64,000 nt of DNA from Pedobacter sp. R-06 (GTDB lineage Bacteria > Bacteroidota > Bacteroidia > Sphingobacteriales > Sphingobacteriaceae). This document shows, one piece after another, positions 1-9,796 of the stretch. The first letter of the stretch is position 1; each line of letters starts with the position of its first letter. The DNA lies in the NCBI RefSeq assembly GCF_049913135.1, contig NZ_CP183977.1:4400053-4464052 (forward strand), read 5' to 3'. The translations under genes were made by a program, and so were the position numbers. The notes under the pieces are model-generated. The model was not told where the DNA came from. It saw only the letters and a program-made list of their open reading frames with translations, and did no database searches.

Positions 1-912
1 TATTATGCATTAAATGCAAATGGTACGGTTAATACAACCGCCAGTGCAAGCCCTAATATCTTAGGCTACACGCATTATGATGAAACTTTAACCAACTGGG
101 CAGCTTCAGTAGGAGCAAACTACAAAATAAACACTACATCAAGTATTTTTGCAAGGGCTACAAAAGCTTACAACGCACCAAACATTGGCGACTATAACGC
201 ATCGGCCTATAACCCCTTAAACATTAAAAAACGCCCGGTTTATTTAGGCGAAGTAGGTTTTAAATATGCTAAAAACAACCTGGCCATTTTCGCATCTGGA
301 AGTTATTCGGCAATTAAAAACACATCATTAACCATTAATGTTCCAACAGTTGCATCAGGTTTACAGGCATTGGTGGCATTTGGTTCTACACGCACCTGGA
401 GTGCCGAGTACGAGGTTTCTTACAAAATTGCTAAACCACTGAGTTTGCGTTTAACCGGAACATTACAAGACTCTAAATACACCGATTACGAAGCAAACAC
501 AAGTAACAATGCCGCAGTTGCAGCCGAATTCGGCAATCGTATCTATAGCTTCACCGGCAAAAGAACCGAACGTGTTCCTGTACTCAACACCGAACTTGGC
601 GCCAATTACGACTACAAAAACTTTAACCTATATATAGCAGCAAATTACATTGGCAGCCGCTTCACCTCACCTAGCGATAGCTATAAACTACCTGCTTATG
701 TAGTAATGAAAGCTGGGGCAGGATATAATTTTACTAAAAAGATTTCAATAAGATTTTGGGCAGACAACTTGTTAAATGCAAAGGTGCTGACAGAAGGCGA
801 TGTTCGCGGAGATCAGTTCAGAGATTTCTCAACCATAACCCCTGGCACATTAATGATTGGCAGAACATTACTTCAACGTACCTTCTGGGGATCATTAGCT
901 TATTCATTCTAA
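1..912 (+). CDS. TonB-dependent outer-membrane receptor, C-terminal portion (5' end lies outside window)
   Basis: Frame 1 is open from base 1 to the stop at 912 and is continuous with ORF 370..912. Beta-strand-like alternating hydrophobic pattern rich in Y/N/T/S/G. Terminal aromatic residue (...SLAYSF) typical of TonB-dependent receptor (TBDT) beta-barrels. Intrinsic terminator immediately downstream. Confidence 0.6.
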   Translation, partial: YYALNANGTVNTTASASPNILGYTHYDETLTNWAASVGANYKINTTSSIFARATKAYNAPNIGDYNASAYNPLNIKKRPVYLGEVGFKYAKNNLAIFASGSYSAIKNTSLTINVPTVASGLQALVAFGSTRTWSAEYEVSYKIAKPLSLRLTGTLQDSKYTDYEANTSNNAAVAAEFGNRIYSFTGKRTERVPVLNTELGANYDYKNFNLYIAANYIGSRFTSPSDSYKLPAYVVMKAGAGYNFTKKISIRFWADNLLNAKVLTEGDVRGDQFRDFSTITPGTLMIGRTLLQRTFWGSLAYSF

Positions 913-918
913 CAAATA

Positions 919-948
919 AAACCGGAGTTCACGCTCCGGTTTTTTTAA
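919..948 (+). terminator. rho-independent terminator
   Basis: Hairpin accggagttcacgctccggt (921-940) followed by a run of seven T. Confidence 0.7.
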
Positions 949-960
949 TTCTAAAACATC

Positions 961-1866
961 ATGACAACAAGAAGATCATTTTTACAAAAGGTAAGCCTTG
1001 CCAGTGCAGCAGCCTTTTTAAGTCCATCATTAGTTACAACAGCTTTAGCTGAATCTGCTAAAATTTCAAAAATCGGAATCGGACTTTTTACTTTAAGGGA
1101 GCAGCTAACTGCAGATGTAAAAGCCACAATAGAACAGGTGGCTAAAATCGGTTATAATCAGGTAGAAACCTATTATGGCTATCCTGGCAAGTACGAAGTA
1201 AAAGGTTTTTGGGGTTTGGAAGCAAAAGACTTTAATACCTTATTAAAAGCAAATGGCCTTACCTCTCCTAGCGGACATTACAACGTAACTGAGTTTTTAT
1301 CCTCAGGCGACGATAAGGTGCTAAAATCGCACATCGAAACCGCAGCCACCATTGGCCAGAAATATTTCGTTATCCCAGCTTTGCCTACCGATATCAGGGC
1401 TAATGGAACATTAGATGATTACAGGCGCATGGCCTCAAAATTTAACCAAGCAGCTGAACTTTGCCAAAAGTCAGGATTGAAATTAGCTTACCACAACCAC
1501 AACTTCGAATTTAAAGATCAGGGTAACGGGGTCACAGGCTACGAAATCCTGCTCGCTGAAACCGATGCCAAACTGGTAGGTTTTGAACTCGATATCTTTT
1601 GGGCGGTAAATGCAGGTTTAAACCCTGTTGATATGTTCAAGAAAAATCCGGGCCGTTATAAAATGTTCCATGTTAAGGATATGGATAAAGCAGACAAAGC
1701 AGTTTTCGTGGAAGTGGGTTCTGGCAGAATAGATTTCAAGCGCATTTTTGCTGCTTCTAAATTGGCTGGAGTAGATTATATTTTTACAGAACAGGATATT
1801 ATCAAAAAAGCACCTTATGAAAGTATAGCCGAAAGCTATAACTACATCAAAAAAAGCCTACTTTAA
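961..1866 (+). CDS. sugar phosphate isomerase/epimerase (xylose-isomerase-like TIM barrel) with Tat signal
   Basis: N-terminal twin-arginine motif TTRRSFLQK followed by an Ala-rich hydrophobic region. Conserved AYHNHNFEF motif shared with paralogs at 11941 and 12824. Length about 300 aa. Confidence 0.75.
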   Translation: MTTRRSFLQKVSLASAAAFLSPSLVTTALAESAKISKIGIGLFTLREQLTADVKATIEQVAKIGYNQVETYYGYPGKYEVKGFWGLEAKDFNTLLKANGLTSPSGHYNVTEFLSSGDDKVLKSHIETAATIGQKYFVIPALPTDIRANGTLDDYRRMASKFNQAAELCQKSGLKLAYHNHNFEFKDQGNGVTGYEILLAETDAKLVGFELDIFWAVNAGLNPVDMFKKNPGRYKMFHVKDMDKADKAVFVEVGSGRIDFKRIFAASKLAGVDYIFTEQDIIKKAPYESIAESYNYIKKSLL

Positions 1867-2145
1867 GCAGATTTTCTCCTTTAAAAAGCGGTGTTTTTAG
1901 ATTTATTAGTAAATAATATGCTTACCTATACTAAATGTACTTTTTACACCAAGTAAAATTAACACAAAAACACGGTTTAAACCACATCAGAGCGACAAAA
2001 AACCATTTATTTAGAACAATTCTACTCAGTAACAATCACATTGCATACCGATAATTTAACTTGAAAAAGTTATTCTTTCCGTTATATTTTTTCTAATATT
2101 ACTAATTCAACACATAAGTAACCAATATATAAAATCATAAATACG

Positions 2146-2730
2146 ATGCACAGAAGAGAAGCACTCAAAAACGTTGCATTTTTGCTGGGAGGGGCAATCT
2201 CAGCAAGTACAATGGGCGTTTTATTTGAAAGTTTTACGCTACCGGAAAACGAAAAGAACTTTGTCCTCTATTCACTGGAAGACGAAAAAATTTTTGCTGA
2301 ATTTGCTGATATTATTGTTCCGACTACCAAATCATCTGCTGGGGCCAAGGCTGCAGGCTTAGGGAAGTTTATTCCGATGATGATGAAAGATTGTTACCCT
2401 GCCACCATGCAAACTTCATTTGCGCAAGGTTTTAAAGATCTTCAGGCTAAATCCATGAAAGATTTCGGAAAAAGTTATATCACTTTAACACCAGCTGATC
2501 GTAAAAAACTAATGATCGATTTAAGGGCAATCGCGCTTGCCCAAAAAGCGAGCAAATCAGAAGAGAATAAAGATTTAGCTTACTTTTTTATTACCGCAAG
2601 AGATTTAACCCTACTCGGTTATTATTCTTCAGAAATTGGTTGTACCAAAGCACGCGAATATGTGCTTATTCCAGGCCGATATGATGGCAGTGCGCCATTA
2701 AAACCAGGTCAAAAATCTTGGGCAACCTAA
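2146..2730 (+). CDS. gluconate 2-dehydrogenase subunit 3 family protein (small Tat-signal subunit of an FAD dehydrogenase complex)
   Basis: Tat-like N-terminus MHRREALKNVAFLLGGAISAS. About 190 aa. Sits directly upstream of the GMC oxidoreductase, the usual pairing for this family. Confidence 0.7.
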   Translation: MHRREALKNVAFLLGGAISASTMGVLFESFTLPENEKNFVLYSLEDEKIFAEFADIIVPTTKSSAGAKAAGLGKFIPMMMKDCYPATMQTSFAQGFKDLQAKSMKDFGKSYITLTPADRKKLMIDLRAIALAQKASKSEENKDLAYFFITARDLTLLGYYSSEIGCTKAREYVLIPGRYDGSAPLKPGQKSWAT

Positions 2731-2754
2731 TTTCTAAAACAACAACAAAACATC

Positions 2755-4455
2755 ATGAATTTAAATACAAATTTAAAAGCAGAAAATACTTACGATGCTA
2801 TTGTTATAGGATCGGGAATTAGCGGTGGCTGGGCTGCCAAAGAACTTACAGAAAAGGGCTTACGCGTGTTGATGCTCGAAAGAGGAATGAACATTGAACA
2901 CATTACCGGTTATGAAACGGCAATGAAAAATCCATGGGATTTTAAACATGCCGGAAAACTTACCGAAGAACAAAAACGTACTCACCCGGTACAAAAAAGA
3001 GATTACCCATACCAGGAAGCAAATGAAAAATGGTGGGTAAACGATTTAGAATGTCCATATACGGAAGATAAACGTTTCGATTGGTACCGTGGTTTCCACG
3101 TTGGTGGAAAATCGTTAATGTGGGGCCGTCAAAGTTATCGTTTAAGCGATCATAACTTTGAAGATAATGCAAGAGACGGACATGGAAGCGATTGGCCTGT
3201 TCGATATGCGGAACTTTCGCCGTGGTACGATTATGCAGAACGTTTTGCGGGGATCAGTGGTTCAAAAGAAAACTGGCCTACCTGCCCTGACGGACAGTTT
3301 TTACCGCCAATGGATTTAAATATTGTAGAAAAATCGGTAAAAGCACGTATCGAAGAGCATTATAAAAGAGAACGGATTATGATGATTGGCCGTGTTGCCA
3401 ATCTTACTGTGCCACATAAAGGCCGTGGCAATTGCCAGTACAGAAATTTATGTAGCCGGGGCTGTCCGTTTGGTGCTTATTTCAGCACACAGTCTTCTAC
3501 CCTTCCTGCGGCAATGGCAACTAAACTTTTAACGTTAAGACCATATTCTATCGTAAATCATATAATTTATGATAAAGACACTAAAAAAGCCAAAGGTGTA
3601 ATGGTTATTGATGCAGAAACCAACAAAACGATGGAATTTTATGCTAAAATCGTTTTCGTAAATGGTTCTACACTAGGTTCAACATTCATTTTATTAAACT
3701 CTACATCAGAAGCACATCCAAATGGTTTGGGTAATGGAAGTGGTCAGTTAGGGCACAATTTAATGGACCACCATTTCCGTTGCGGAGCATCTGGAGAGGC
3801 CGAAGGTTTTGATGACAAATACACTTATGGACGCCGTGCAAACGGAATTTATATCCCTAGGTATCAGAATATCGGCAGCGATAAACGCGATTACCTGCGT
3901 GGTTTCGGTTATCAGGGCGGTGCAAGCAGAGCAAATTGGCAAGATGATGTGGCTGAATTGTCTTTCGGAGCAGATTTAAAACAAAAAATGACCACTCCAG
4001 GCAAATGGTCTATGGGCTTGGGCGGTTTCGGAGAGATGTTACCTTATTACGAAAACAAGGTATACATCGATAAAACCAAAAAAGACAAATGGGGACAACC
4101 TGTATTGGCTATCGATTGCGAGTACAAAGAGAACGAGAAAAAAATGCGTGTGGATATGATGAATGATGCTGCCGAAATGTTAGAAAAGGCTGGTATGAAA
4201 AACATCAAAACATTCGATAATGGCTGTTATCCAGGTATGGCGATCCACGAAATGGGTACCGCAAGGATGGGTAATGATCCAAAAACTTCTGTACTGAATA
4301 AGTGGAACCAGATGCACGAAGTAAATAACGTTTTCGTAACTGATGGATCCTGTATGCCATCAATCGCTTGCCAAAACCCATCGTTAACATTTATGGCTTT
4401 AACTGCCCGTGCCTGCGATTACGCTGTAAAAGAATTAAAGAAAAAGAACATCTAG
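2755..4455 (+). CDS. GMC family FAD-dependent oxidoreductase (glucoside 3-dehydrogenase-like)
   Basis: N-terminal FAD Rossmann fold YDAIVIGSGISGGWAAKEL. 566 aa. C-terminal GMC signature region (HEMGTARMG...PSL). Paired with the subunit-3-like gene upstream. Confidence 0.85.
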   Translation: MNLNTNLKAENTYDAIVIGSGISGGWAAKELTEKGLRVLMLERGMNIEHITGYETAMKNPWDFKHAGKLTEEQKRTHPVQKRDYPYQEANEKWWVNDLECPYTEDKRFDWYRGFHVGGKSLMWGRQSYRLSDHNFEDNARDGHGSDWPVRYAELSPWYDYAERFAGISGSKENWPTCPDGQFLPPMDLNIVEKSVKARIEEHYKRERIMMIGRVANLTVPHKGRGNCQYRNLCSRGCPFGAYFSTQSSTLPAAMATKLLTLRPYSIVNHIIYDKDTKKAKGVMVIDAETNKTMEFYAKIVFVNGSTLGSTFILLNSTSEAHPNGLGNGSGQLGHNLMDHHFRCGASGEAEGFDDKYTYGRRANGIYIPRYQNIGSDKRDYLRGFGYQGGASRANWQDDVAELSFGADLKQKMTTPGKWSMGLGGFGEMLPYYENKVYIDKTKKDKWGQPVLAIDCEYKENEKKMRVDMMNDAAEMLEKAGMKNIKTFDNGCYPGMAIHEMGTARMGNDPKTSVLNKWNQMHEVNNVFVTDGSCMPSIACQNPSLTFMALTARACDYAVKELKKKNI

Positions 4456-4620
4456 ACAAGGTAAAAGGCATAAGGTTAAAGGTGTAGGGTTTAATCGCCC
4501 TTAAACTTAAACCTTATGTCATACACCAATAAATATAGAAAAACAACATCTAGACAGGTTAAAGGCATTAAGTCTTTAAGGTATAAGGGAAATCGCCCTA
4601 AACCTTAAATCTTAAACCCC
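4447..4620. repeat. about 85-bp tandem duplication (x2) built of AAGGYRTAAGG/CCTTAxxCCTT hairpin modules
   Basis: Unit 1 (4447-4530) aacatctagacaaggtaaaaggcataagg...cccttaaacttaaacctt is repeated as unit 2 (4546-4620) aacatctagacaggttaaaggcattaag...ccctaaaccttaaatctt. Unit 1 begins inside the last codons and stop codon of the GMC gene. Confidence 0.7.
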
Positions 4621-4634
4621 TCACCTTTATAAAC

Positions 4635-5792
4635 ATGAAAAGAAAATTAAGAATGGGCATGATAGGCGGTGGAAAAGACGCTTTTATCGGTGCCGTACAC
4701 CGTTTGGCTGCCAATATGGATGGCCTTATTGAATTATCTGCCGGAGCTTTAAGTGTAAATCCTGAAATTGGATACGAATCTGGAAAACTACTTTTTCTTC
4801 CGGATAACAGAATCTACACCAATTACGAAGAAATGCTGACGAAGGAAAGTGAATTGCCAGCAGATGAAAGAATTGACTTTGTAACCATCGTTACCCCAAA
4901 CTTTGCTCACTTTGCCCCTGCAATGATGGCTTTGGATAAGGGTTTTAACGTGGTAATTGAAAAACCGATAACTTTAACTTTGGAAGAAGCAAAACAGCTA
5001 AAAGCTAAAGTAGAAGAAACTGGCTTAACACTATGTTTAACGCATACCTACTCTGGTTACCCAATGGTTAAACAGGCCAAACAAATGGTTAGCGAAGGTG
5101 CTTTGGGCACAATCAGAAAAATCATGGTCGAATACCCCCAAGGCTGGTTAAGCACCTTATCAGAACGCGAAGGAAATGCACAGGCAGCCTGGCGCACCGA
5201 TCCATCTAAAACCGGAAAAAGCGGTAGCATGGGCGATATCGGTACGCACGCAGCTCATCTGGCAGAATATATTTCTGGTTTAAAAATTACTAAAATCTGT
5301 GCTGATTTAAGCATTGTTGTTCCAGGTAGAGCAATTGATGATGACGGAAACGTATTGTTAAAATTCGATAATGGTGCCAATGGCGTCCTTGTGGCTTCGC
5401 AAATTGCCGCCGGAGAAGAAAATGCATTAAAAATTAAAGTATATGGCGAAAAAGGTGGCATGGAATGGCACCAGATGGAACCAAACACCTTAATTGTGAA
5501 ATGGTTAAATGCCCCTGCTCAAATTTACAGAACAGGCAACGGTTATATGGGTACTTTCGCACAGCACAATACCCGAACTCCTGGTGGTCACCCAGAAGGT
5601 TACTTAGAAGCATTTGCAAATATTTATAAAAACTTTGCATTAACAGTAGATGCGAAGTTGAATAACGAGCAACCTACTGCTGCAATGTTAGACTTTCCAA
5701 GTACTGAAGATGGAATTAGAGGTATGGCATTTATCGAAAATGTAGTGGCTTCTAGCCAATCAGACCAAAAATGGTTAGACTATAAATTATAA
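4635..5792 (+). CDS. Gfo/Idh/MocA family NAD(P)-dependent oxidoreductase (cytoplasmic)
   Basis: N-terminal Rossmann motif MGMIGGGKDAFIGAVHR and EKP motif (VVIEKP). 385 aa. No signal peptide. Confidence 0.8.
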   Translation: MKRKLRMGMIGGGKDAFIGAVHRLAANMDGLIELSAGALSVNPEIGYESGKLLFLPDNRIYTNYEEMLTKESELPADERIDFVTIVTPNFAHFAPAMMALDKGFNVVIEKPITLTLEEAKQLKAKVEETGLTLCLTHTYSGYPMVKQAKQMVSEGALGTIRKIMVEYPQGWLSTLSEREGNAQAAWRTDPSKTGKSGSMGDIGTHAAHLAEYISGLKITKICADLSIVVPGRAIDDDGNVLLKFDNGANGVLVASQIAAGEENALKIKVYGEKGGMEWHQMEPNTLIVKWLNAPAQIYRTGNGYMGTFAQHNTRTPGGHPEGYLEAFANIYKNFALTVDAKLNNEQPTAAMLDFPSTEDGIRGMAFIENVVASSQSDQKWLDYKL

Positions 5793-5801
5793 CAATCAAG
5801 C

Positions 5802-6860
5802 ATGACAACGATAAAAGGACCAGCAGTATTTTTAGCACAATTTATAAGCGATGAAGCCCCATTTAATTTCTTAGACAGTATTTGTAAATGGGCAGCAGGT
5901 TTAGGTTTTAAAGGCATTCAGATGCCAACCTTAGACACAAGATTTATCGATCTTCAAAAAGCTGCAGAAAGCAAAACCTATGCAGATGAACTGAAAGGAA
6001 AAATCGCTTCTTATGGCTTAGAAATTACTGAACTTTCTACACACTTACAAGGTCAATTGGTTGCGGTACACCCTGCTTATGATGATCTTTTTGATGCCTT
6101 TGCACCAAAAGAAGTACACAAAAACCCAAAAGCAAGAACAGAATGGGCTGTGCAGCAAATGAAATATGCGGCTAAAGCTTCTCAAAACTTAGGTTTAAAT
6201 GCACATGCTACATTTAGTGGTTCATTATTGTGGCAATATTTCCATCCCTGGCCACAACGCCCGGCAGGATTGGTTGAAGAGGGTTTTGCAGAATTGGCAA
6301 AACGCTGGACACCGATTTTAAACGAATTCGACCAGTGTGGCGTTGATGTTTGCTACGAAATACATCCAGGCGAAGATTTATTTGATGGCGAAACCTATGA
6401 AATGTTCCTAGCTGCGGTAAATAATCATCCTCGGGCATGCTTATTGTATGATCCATCACACTTTGTCTTGCAACAATTGGATTACATTCAATACATCGAT
6501 TTTTACCACGAACGCATTAAAGCATTCCACGTTAAAGATGCAGAATTTAACCCTACAGGCAAACAAGGCACTTTTGGTGGATACCAGAGTTGGGCAAACC
6601 GAGCTGGTCGTTACCGCTCACCGGGCGATGGTCAGGTTGATTTTAAAACCATTTTTAGTAAATTGGCGCAATATGATTTTAAAGGTTGGGCCGTTATGGA
6701 ATGGGAATGCTGTATCAAAAACCAACAGGATGGTGCCCGCGAAGGCGCAGAATTTATCAAAAAGAACATCATTAATGTAACCGATAAAGCATTTGATGAT
6801 TTTGCAGCATCGGGCAGTGATAGCGCTTTCAATAAAAGAATATTAGGATTACAAGATTAA
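5802..6860 (+). CDS. sugar phosphate isomerase/epimerase (xylose-isomerase-like TIM barrel), cytoplasmic
   Basis: 352 aa with no signal peptide. TIM-barrel-like H/D/E-rich metal-ligand pattern (YEIHPGEDLFDGE, HVKDAEF). Confidence 0.65.
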   Translation: MTTIKGPAVFLAQFISDEAPFNFLDSICKWAAGLGFKGIQMPTLDTRFIDLQKAAESKTYADELKGKIASYGLEITELSTHLQGQLVAVHPAYDDLFDAFAPKEVHKNPKARTEWAVQQMKYAAKASQNLGLNAHATFSGSLLWQYFHPWPQRPAGLVEEGFAELAKRWTPILNEFDQCGVDVCYEIHPGEDLFDGETYEMFLAAVNNHPRACLLYDPSHFVLQQLDYIQYIDFYHERIKAFHVKDAEFNPTGKQGTFGGYQSWANRAGRYRSPGDGQVDFKTIFSKLAQYDFKGWAVMEWECCIKNQQDGAREGAEFIKKNIINVTDKAFDDFAASGSDSAFNKRILGLQD

Positions 6861-6960
6861 CAAAACACAATACACACAGAATGAAAACCTGCATAAGCAA
6901 CAACGAATAAATATTACCGCTTATGCAAGCTTGAATGCAATTAAAAACAACACAACACAC

Positions 6961-7347
6961 ATGAAAAAAACATTTTTAATTTTAGGCGCTGTAGTCATTT
7001 TTATGGCGTCGTTTTCAAAAGCCGATTTAACGAAGGAGAAAACTGTGGTTGCAGCTGCAACAGTAACAAGCCACGCTGCTTTTCAATCAAATCCGGGAGA
7101 AAAACTGATCAATAAATCAGACTGCCTGGGCTGCCATAACAAGACCAACAAAATCATTGGTCCTGCATACGTAGAAATTGCAAAAAAATATCCGGCAACC
7201 GAAAAAAACATTAACATGTTAGCCGATAAGATTATTAAAGGTGGAACCGGAGTTTGGGGCAATATGCCGATGACTGCCCACGCTACCCTTAAAAAAGACG
7301 ATGCAAAATTAATGGTAAAGTATATCTTATCTTTAAAGAAAAAATAA
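6961..7347 (+). CDS. c-type cytochrome (monoheme, class I), secreted
   Basis: Signal peptide MKKTFLILGAVVIFMASF and a single CXXCH heme-binding motif (CLGCHN). ORF track starts at 6931; the Met at 6961 sits before the signal peptide and is the likelier start. Confidence 0.75.
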   Translation: MKKTFLILGAVVIFMASFSKADLTKEKTVVAAATVTSHAAFQSNPGEKLINKSDCLGCHNKTNKIIGPAYVEIAKKYPATEKNINMLADKIIKGGTGVWGNMPMTAHATLKKDDAKLMVKYILSLKKK

Positions 7348-7378
7348 TCGACCCGAGTTAGCAAATCGATTTACTTAT

Positions 7379-8836
7379 ATGAAAACAGAGCAAGAAAATA
7401 AAAACACGAGTAACCGCCGTGATTTTATTAAGACCACAGCTATTGCCGCTGCTGCGTTTATGATCGTGCCCCGCCATGTTTTAGGTGGCCCAGGTTATTT
7501 AGCACCAAGCGATCGTTTATTGGTTGCCGGCATTGGTGTTGGCGGAAAAGGCCAAAGCGATTTAAGTATGTTTTACAAAAGCGGAAAAGCAGACATTGCT
7601 TTTTTATGCGATGTAGACGATCGCCGTGCAGCAAATAGTATTAAAGCTTTTCCTAAAGCAAAATACTATAAAGATTGGCGCGAAATGTTAGATAAGGAAC
7701 ATAAAAATTTCGATGCTGTGTCTGTTTCTACTCCTGATCATAACCATGCCATACAGGCTTTAGCAGCAATGCAATTGGGTAAACACGTTTATGTACAGAA
7801 ACCTTTAACACATGATATTTATGAAGCGCGGATTCTAACCGCTGCTGCAAAAAAATATAAAGTGGTAACCCAAATGGGAAATCAAGGTGCATCAAACGAT
7901 GGTCCGCGCCAAATGAAAGAATGGTATGAAGCTGGTTTAATTGGCGATGTACACACAGTTTACGCGTGGACTGATAGACCGGTTTGGCCGCAAGGCATTC
8001 CTCGCCCAACAAAAAAAGCCGAAATCCCTGCCGAATTAGATTGGAATTTATGGTTAGGTACTGCGCCCGAAAAAGATTATATTGACAAATTGGTCCCTTT
8101 TAACTGGCGTGGCTGGTGGGATTATGGCACGGGCGCCTTGGGCGATATGGGCTGTCACTTAATCGAAGCTCCTTTTAGTGTATTAAACTTAAAATATGCG
8201 AAAGAAGTTCAGGCCAGTGTAGGCTCTGTTTACGTAGATGAATTTAAACGCGGTTATTTCCCTGAAAGTTGCCCTCCATCAAGCCATGTTACCTTAAAAT
8301 TCCCCAAAACAGATAAAACCGAAGGTGATGTTACTTTACACTGGATGGACGGTGGCATCCAACCAGAACGTCCGGAAGAATTAGAAGCGAACGAAACTTT
8401 TGGCGATGGCGGTAATGGTACCTTGTTTATTGGAACTAAAGGCAAGATGATGTCTGAAACGTATAGTGCAAACCCAAAATTATTGCCTTTAAGTAAAAAC
8501 AAAGACATTAAAGTAGCACCAAAATACACTCGTGTACCAGATGGCGCAAACGGGCACTATAAACAATGGGTTGAAGCTGCAATTGCAGGTTATGGCAAGA
8601 AAGAAGTAAGTTCACCTTTCGAAATTGCCGGTCCGTTAACAGAAGCTTTACTAATGGCAAATTTGGCAATCAGAAGTTTCGATATCCAAAAAACGGTAAA
8701 TGGCAAGACTACTTACCCAGGCAGGTATACTAAAATGCTTTGGGATAACGACAATATGAAAGTTACCAATTTTGACGAAGCCAACCAGTTTGTAAAACGC
8801 GAATACCGCAAAGGCTGGAACAATTTAACACTTTAA
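7379..8836 (+). CDS. Gfo/Idh/MocA family oxidoreductase with Tat signal (periplasmic)
   Basis: Twin-arginine N-terminus NRRDFIKTTAIAAAAFMIVP. Rossmann glycine stretch GIGVGGKG. 485 aa. Confidence 0.8.
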   Translation: MKTEQENKNTSNRRDFIKTTAIAAAAFMIVPRHVLGGPGYLAPSDRLLVAGIGVGGKGQSDLSMFYKSGKADIAFLCDVDDRRAANSIKAFPKAKYYKDWREMLDKEHKNFDAVSVSTPDHNHAIQALAAMQLGKHVYVQKPLTHDIYEARILTAAAKKYKVVTQMGNQGASNDGPRQMKEWYEAGLIGDVHTVYAWTDRPVWPQGIPRPTKKAEIPAELDWNLWLGTAPEKDYIDKLVPFNWRGWWDYGTGALGDMGCHLIEAPFSVLNLKYAKEVQASVGSVYVDEFKRGYFPESCPPSSHVTLKFPKTDKTEGDVTLHWMDGGIQPERPEELEANETFGDGGNGTLFIGTKGKMMSETYSANPKLLPLSKNKDIKVAPKYTRVPDGANGHYKQWVEAAIAGYGKKEVSSPFEIAGPLTEALLMANLAIRSFDIQKTVNGKTTYPGRYTKMLWDNDNMKVTNFDEANQFVKREYRKGWNNLTL

Positions 8837-8937
8837 TTATCATAACCTGATAGGTTTTTAAACGACGAAGTCCTCAATGAGGCCTTTGAAAACATTAAAA
8901 ACTTCGAATTAATCCTATCAGGTTTTATTCTAAAAAA

Positions 8938-9618
8938 ATGAAAAAAATCTTTCTTTCTGCTTGCATTTTGTTAGCAGTAACACAAATATCAAAGGCTCAA
9001 AAGGGCTTCAAGCCACTTTTTGATGGTAAAACAACAACAGGCTGGCATACTTACAACAAAACTACGGTTGGTAGCGCCTGGCAGGTTCAGGATGGCGCCC
9101 TTCATTTAGATTTAGCTACTAAAGGTAAAGATGGTGGCGGCGATTTGGTTACCGATAAAGAATATGGCGACTTTCATTTAAAATATGAATGGAAAGTGGC
9201 TCCGAAAGCAAATAGCGGTTTAATTTTTTATGTTCACGAAGAACCTAAATACCATGCTACTTATTCTACTGGTTTAGAAATGCAGGTTATTGATAACGAT
9301 GGCCACCCAGATGGGAAAATCACTAAACACCGTGCCGGCGATTTATACGATCTGGTAAAAAGTTCATCAGAACCGGTTAAAGCTGTTGGCGAATGGAATA
9401 AGGCAGAAATCATTAGTAAAAAGGGCAAATTAACGCTAATTTTAAACGGTGTTGAAGTCGTAAAAACTACCCTCTGGGACGATAACTGGAAAAAAATTGT
9501 TGCAGGCAGCAAATTTGCAACATGGGAAAACTGGGGAACTTTTAAAACTGGTAAAATTGCCTTACAAGATCACGGAGATGAGGTTTGGTACAAAAACATC
9601 TCTATTAAAGAACTGTAA
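8938..9618 (+). CDS. DUF1080 domain protein (3-keto-disaccharide hydrolase-like, concanavalin-type fold), secreted
   Basis: Signal peptide MKKIFLSACILLAVTQISKAQ. Characteristic C-terminal LQDHGDEVWYKNISIKEL. About 225 aa. Confidence 0.75.
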   Translation: MKKIFLSACILLAVTQISKAQKGFKPLFDGKTTTGWHTYNKTTVGSAWQVQDGALHLDLATKGKDGGGDLVTDKEYGDFHLKYEWKVAPKANSGLIFYVHEEPKYHATYSTGLEMQVIDNDGHPDGKITKHRAGDLYDLVKSSSEPVKAVGEWNKAEIISKKGKLTLILNGVEVVKTTLWDDNWKKIVAGSKFATWENWGTFKTGKIALQDHGDEVWYKNISIKEL

Positions 9619-9619
9619 A

Positions 9620-9780
9620 TAAGGTTGAAGGCGGAAGGTATAAGGTTGAAGGTCATAGCCTTCGCTTCAACAATAATGCCTAAAACTTAATAATATAAAA
9701 AAGAGGCTGAAGGCGTAAGCGTAAAAGATTGAGGGTTTTATATCCCTTGCTTTAACCTTACGCCTTAAACCTTAAACCTA
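9620..9780. repeat. AAGGYGTAAGG/CCTTACGCCTT hairpin repeat cluster (family 3)
   Basis: aaggttgaaggcggaaggtataaggttgaagg ... gaggctgaaggcgtaagcg ... ccttacgccttaaaccttaaacc. The inverted copies can form long hairpins. Confidence 0.6.
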
Positions 9781-9796
9781 ATCTTATATAAACCAA

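Noticed and set aside
756-1052. 98-aa ORF overlapping the end of the TonB-dependent receptor (TBDT) gene and the terminator
   Set aside because: Lies in an alternative frame of a well-supported gene and spans an intrinsic terminator. Composition is not protein-like.
2174-2362. Small overlapping ORFs in alternative frames or on the opposite strand of confident genes (e.g. 2174-2362, 2960-3172, 3760-3942, 4205-4390, 5255-5640, 6214-6832, 7083-7364, 7728-8529, 9261-9512, 12486-13008, 13375-13572, 14210-15187, 15630-15839, 16952-17146, 19797-20009, 20838-21655, 25116-25352, 27120-27736, 28900-29100, 29748-30430, 31378-32244, 35015-35408, 37277-37465, 37948-38178, 38491-38700, 39747-40043, 43419-43791, 45278-45574, 46435-47479, 47857-48090, 48819-49077, 49972-50564, 51330-52130, 56118-57240, 57580-57837, 58394-59100, 60430-60621, 62004-62651, 63289-63495)
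   Set aside because: Each is fully contained in, or antisense to, a longer ORF with clear family motifs. They are short and low-complexity, typical shadow ORFs.
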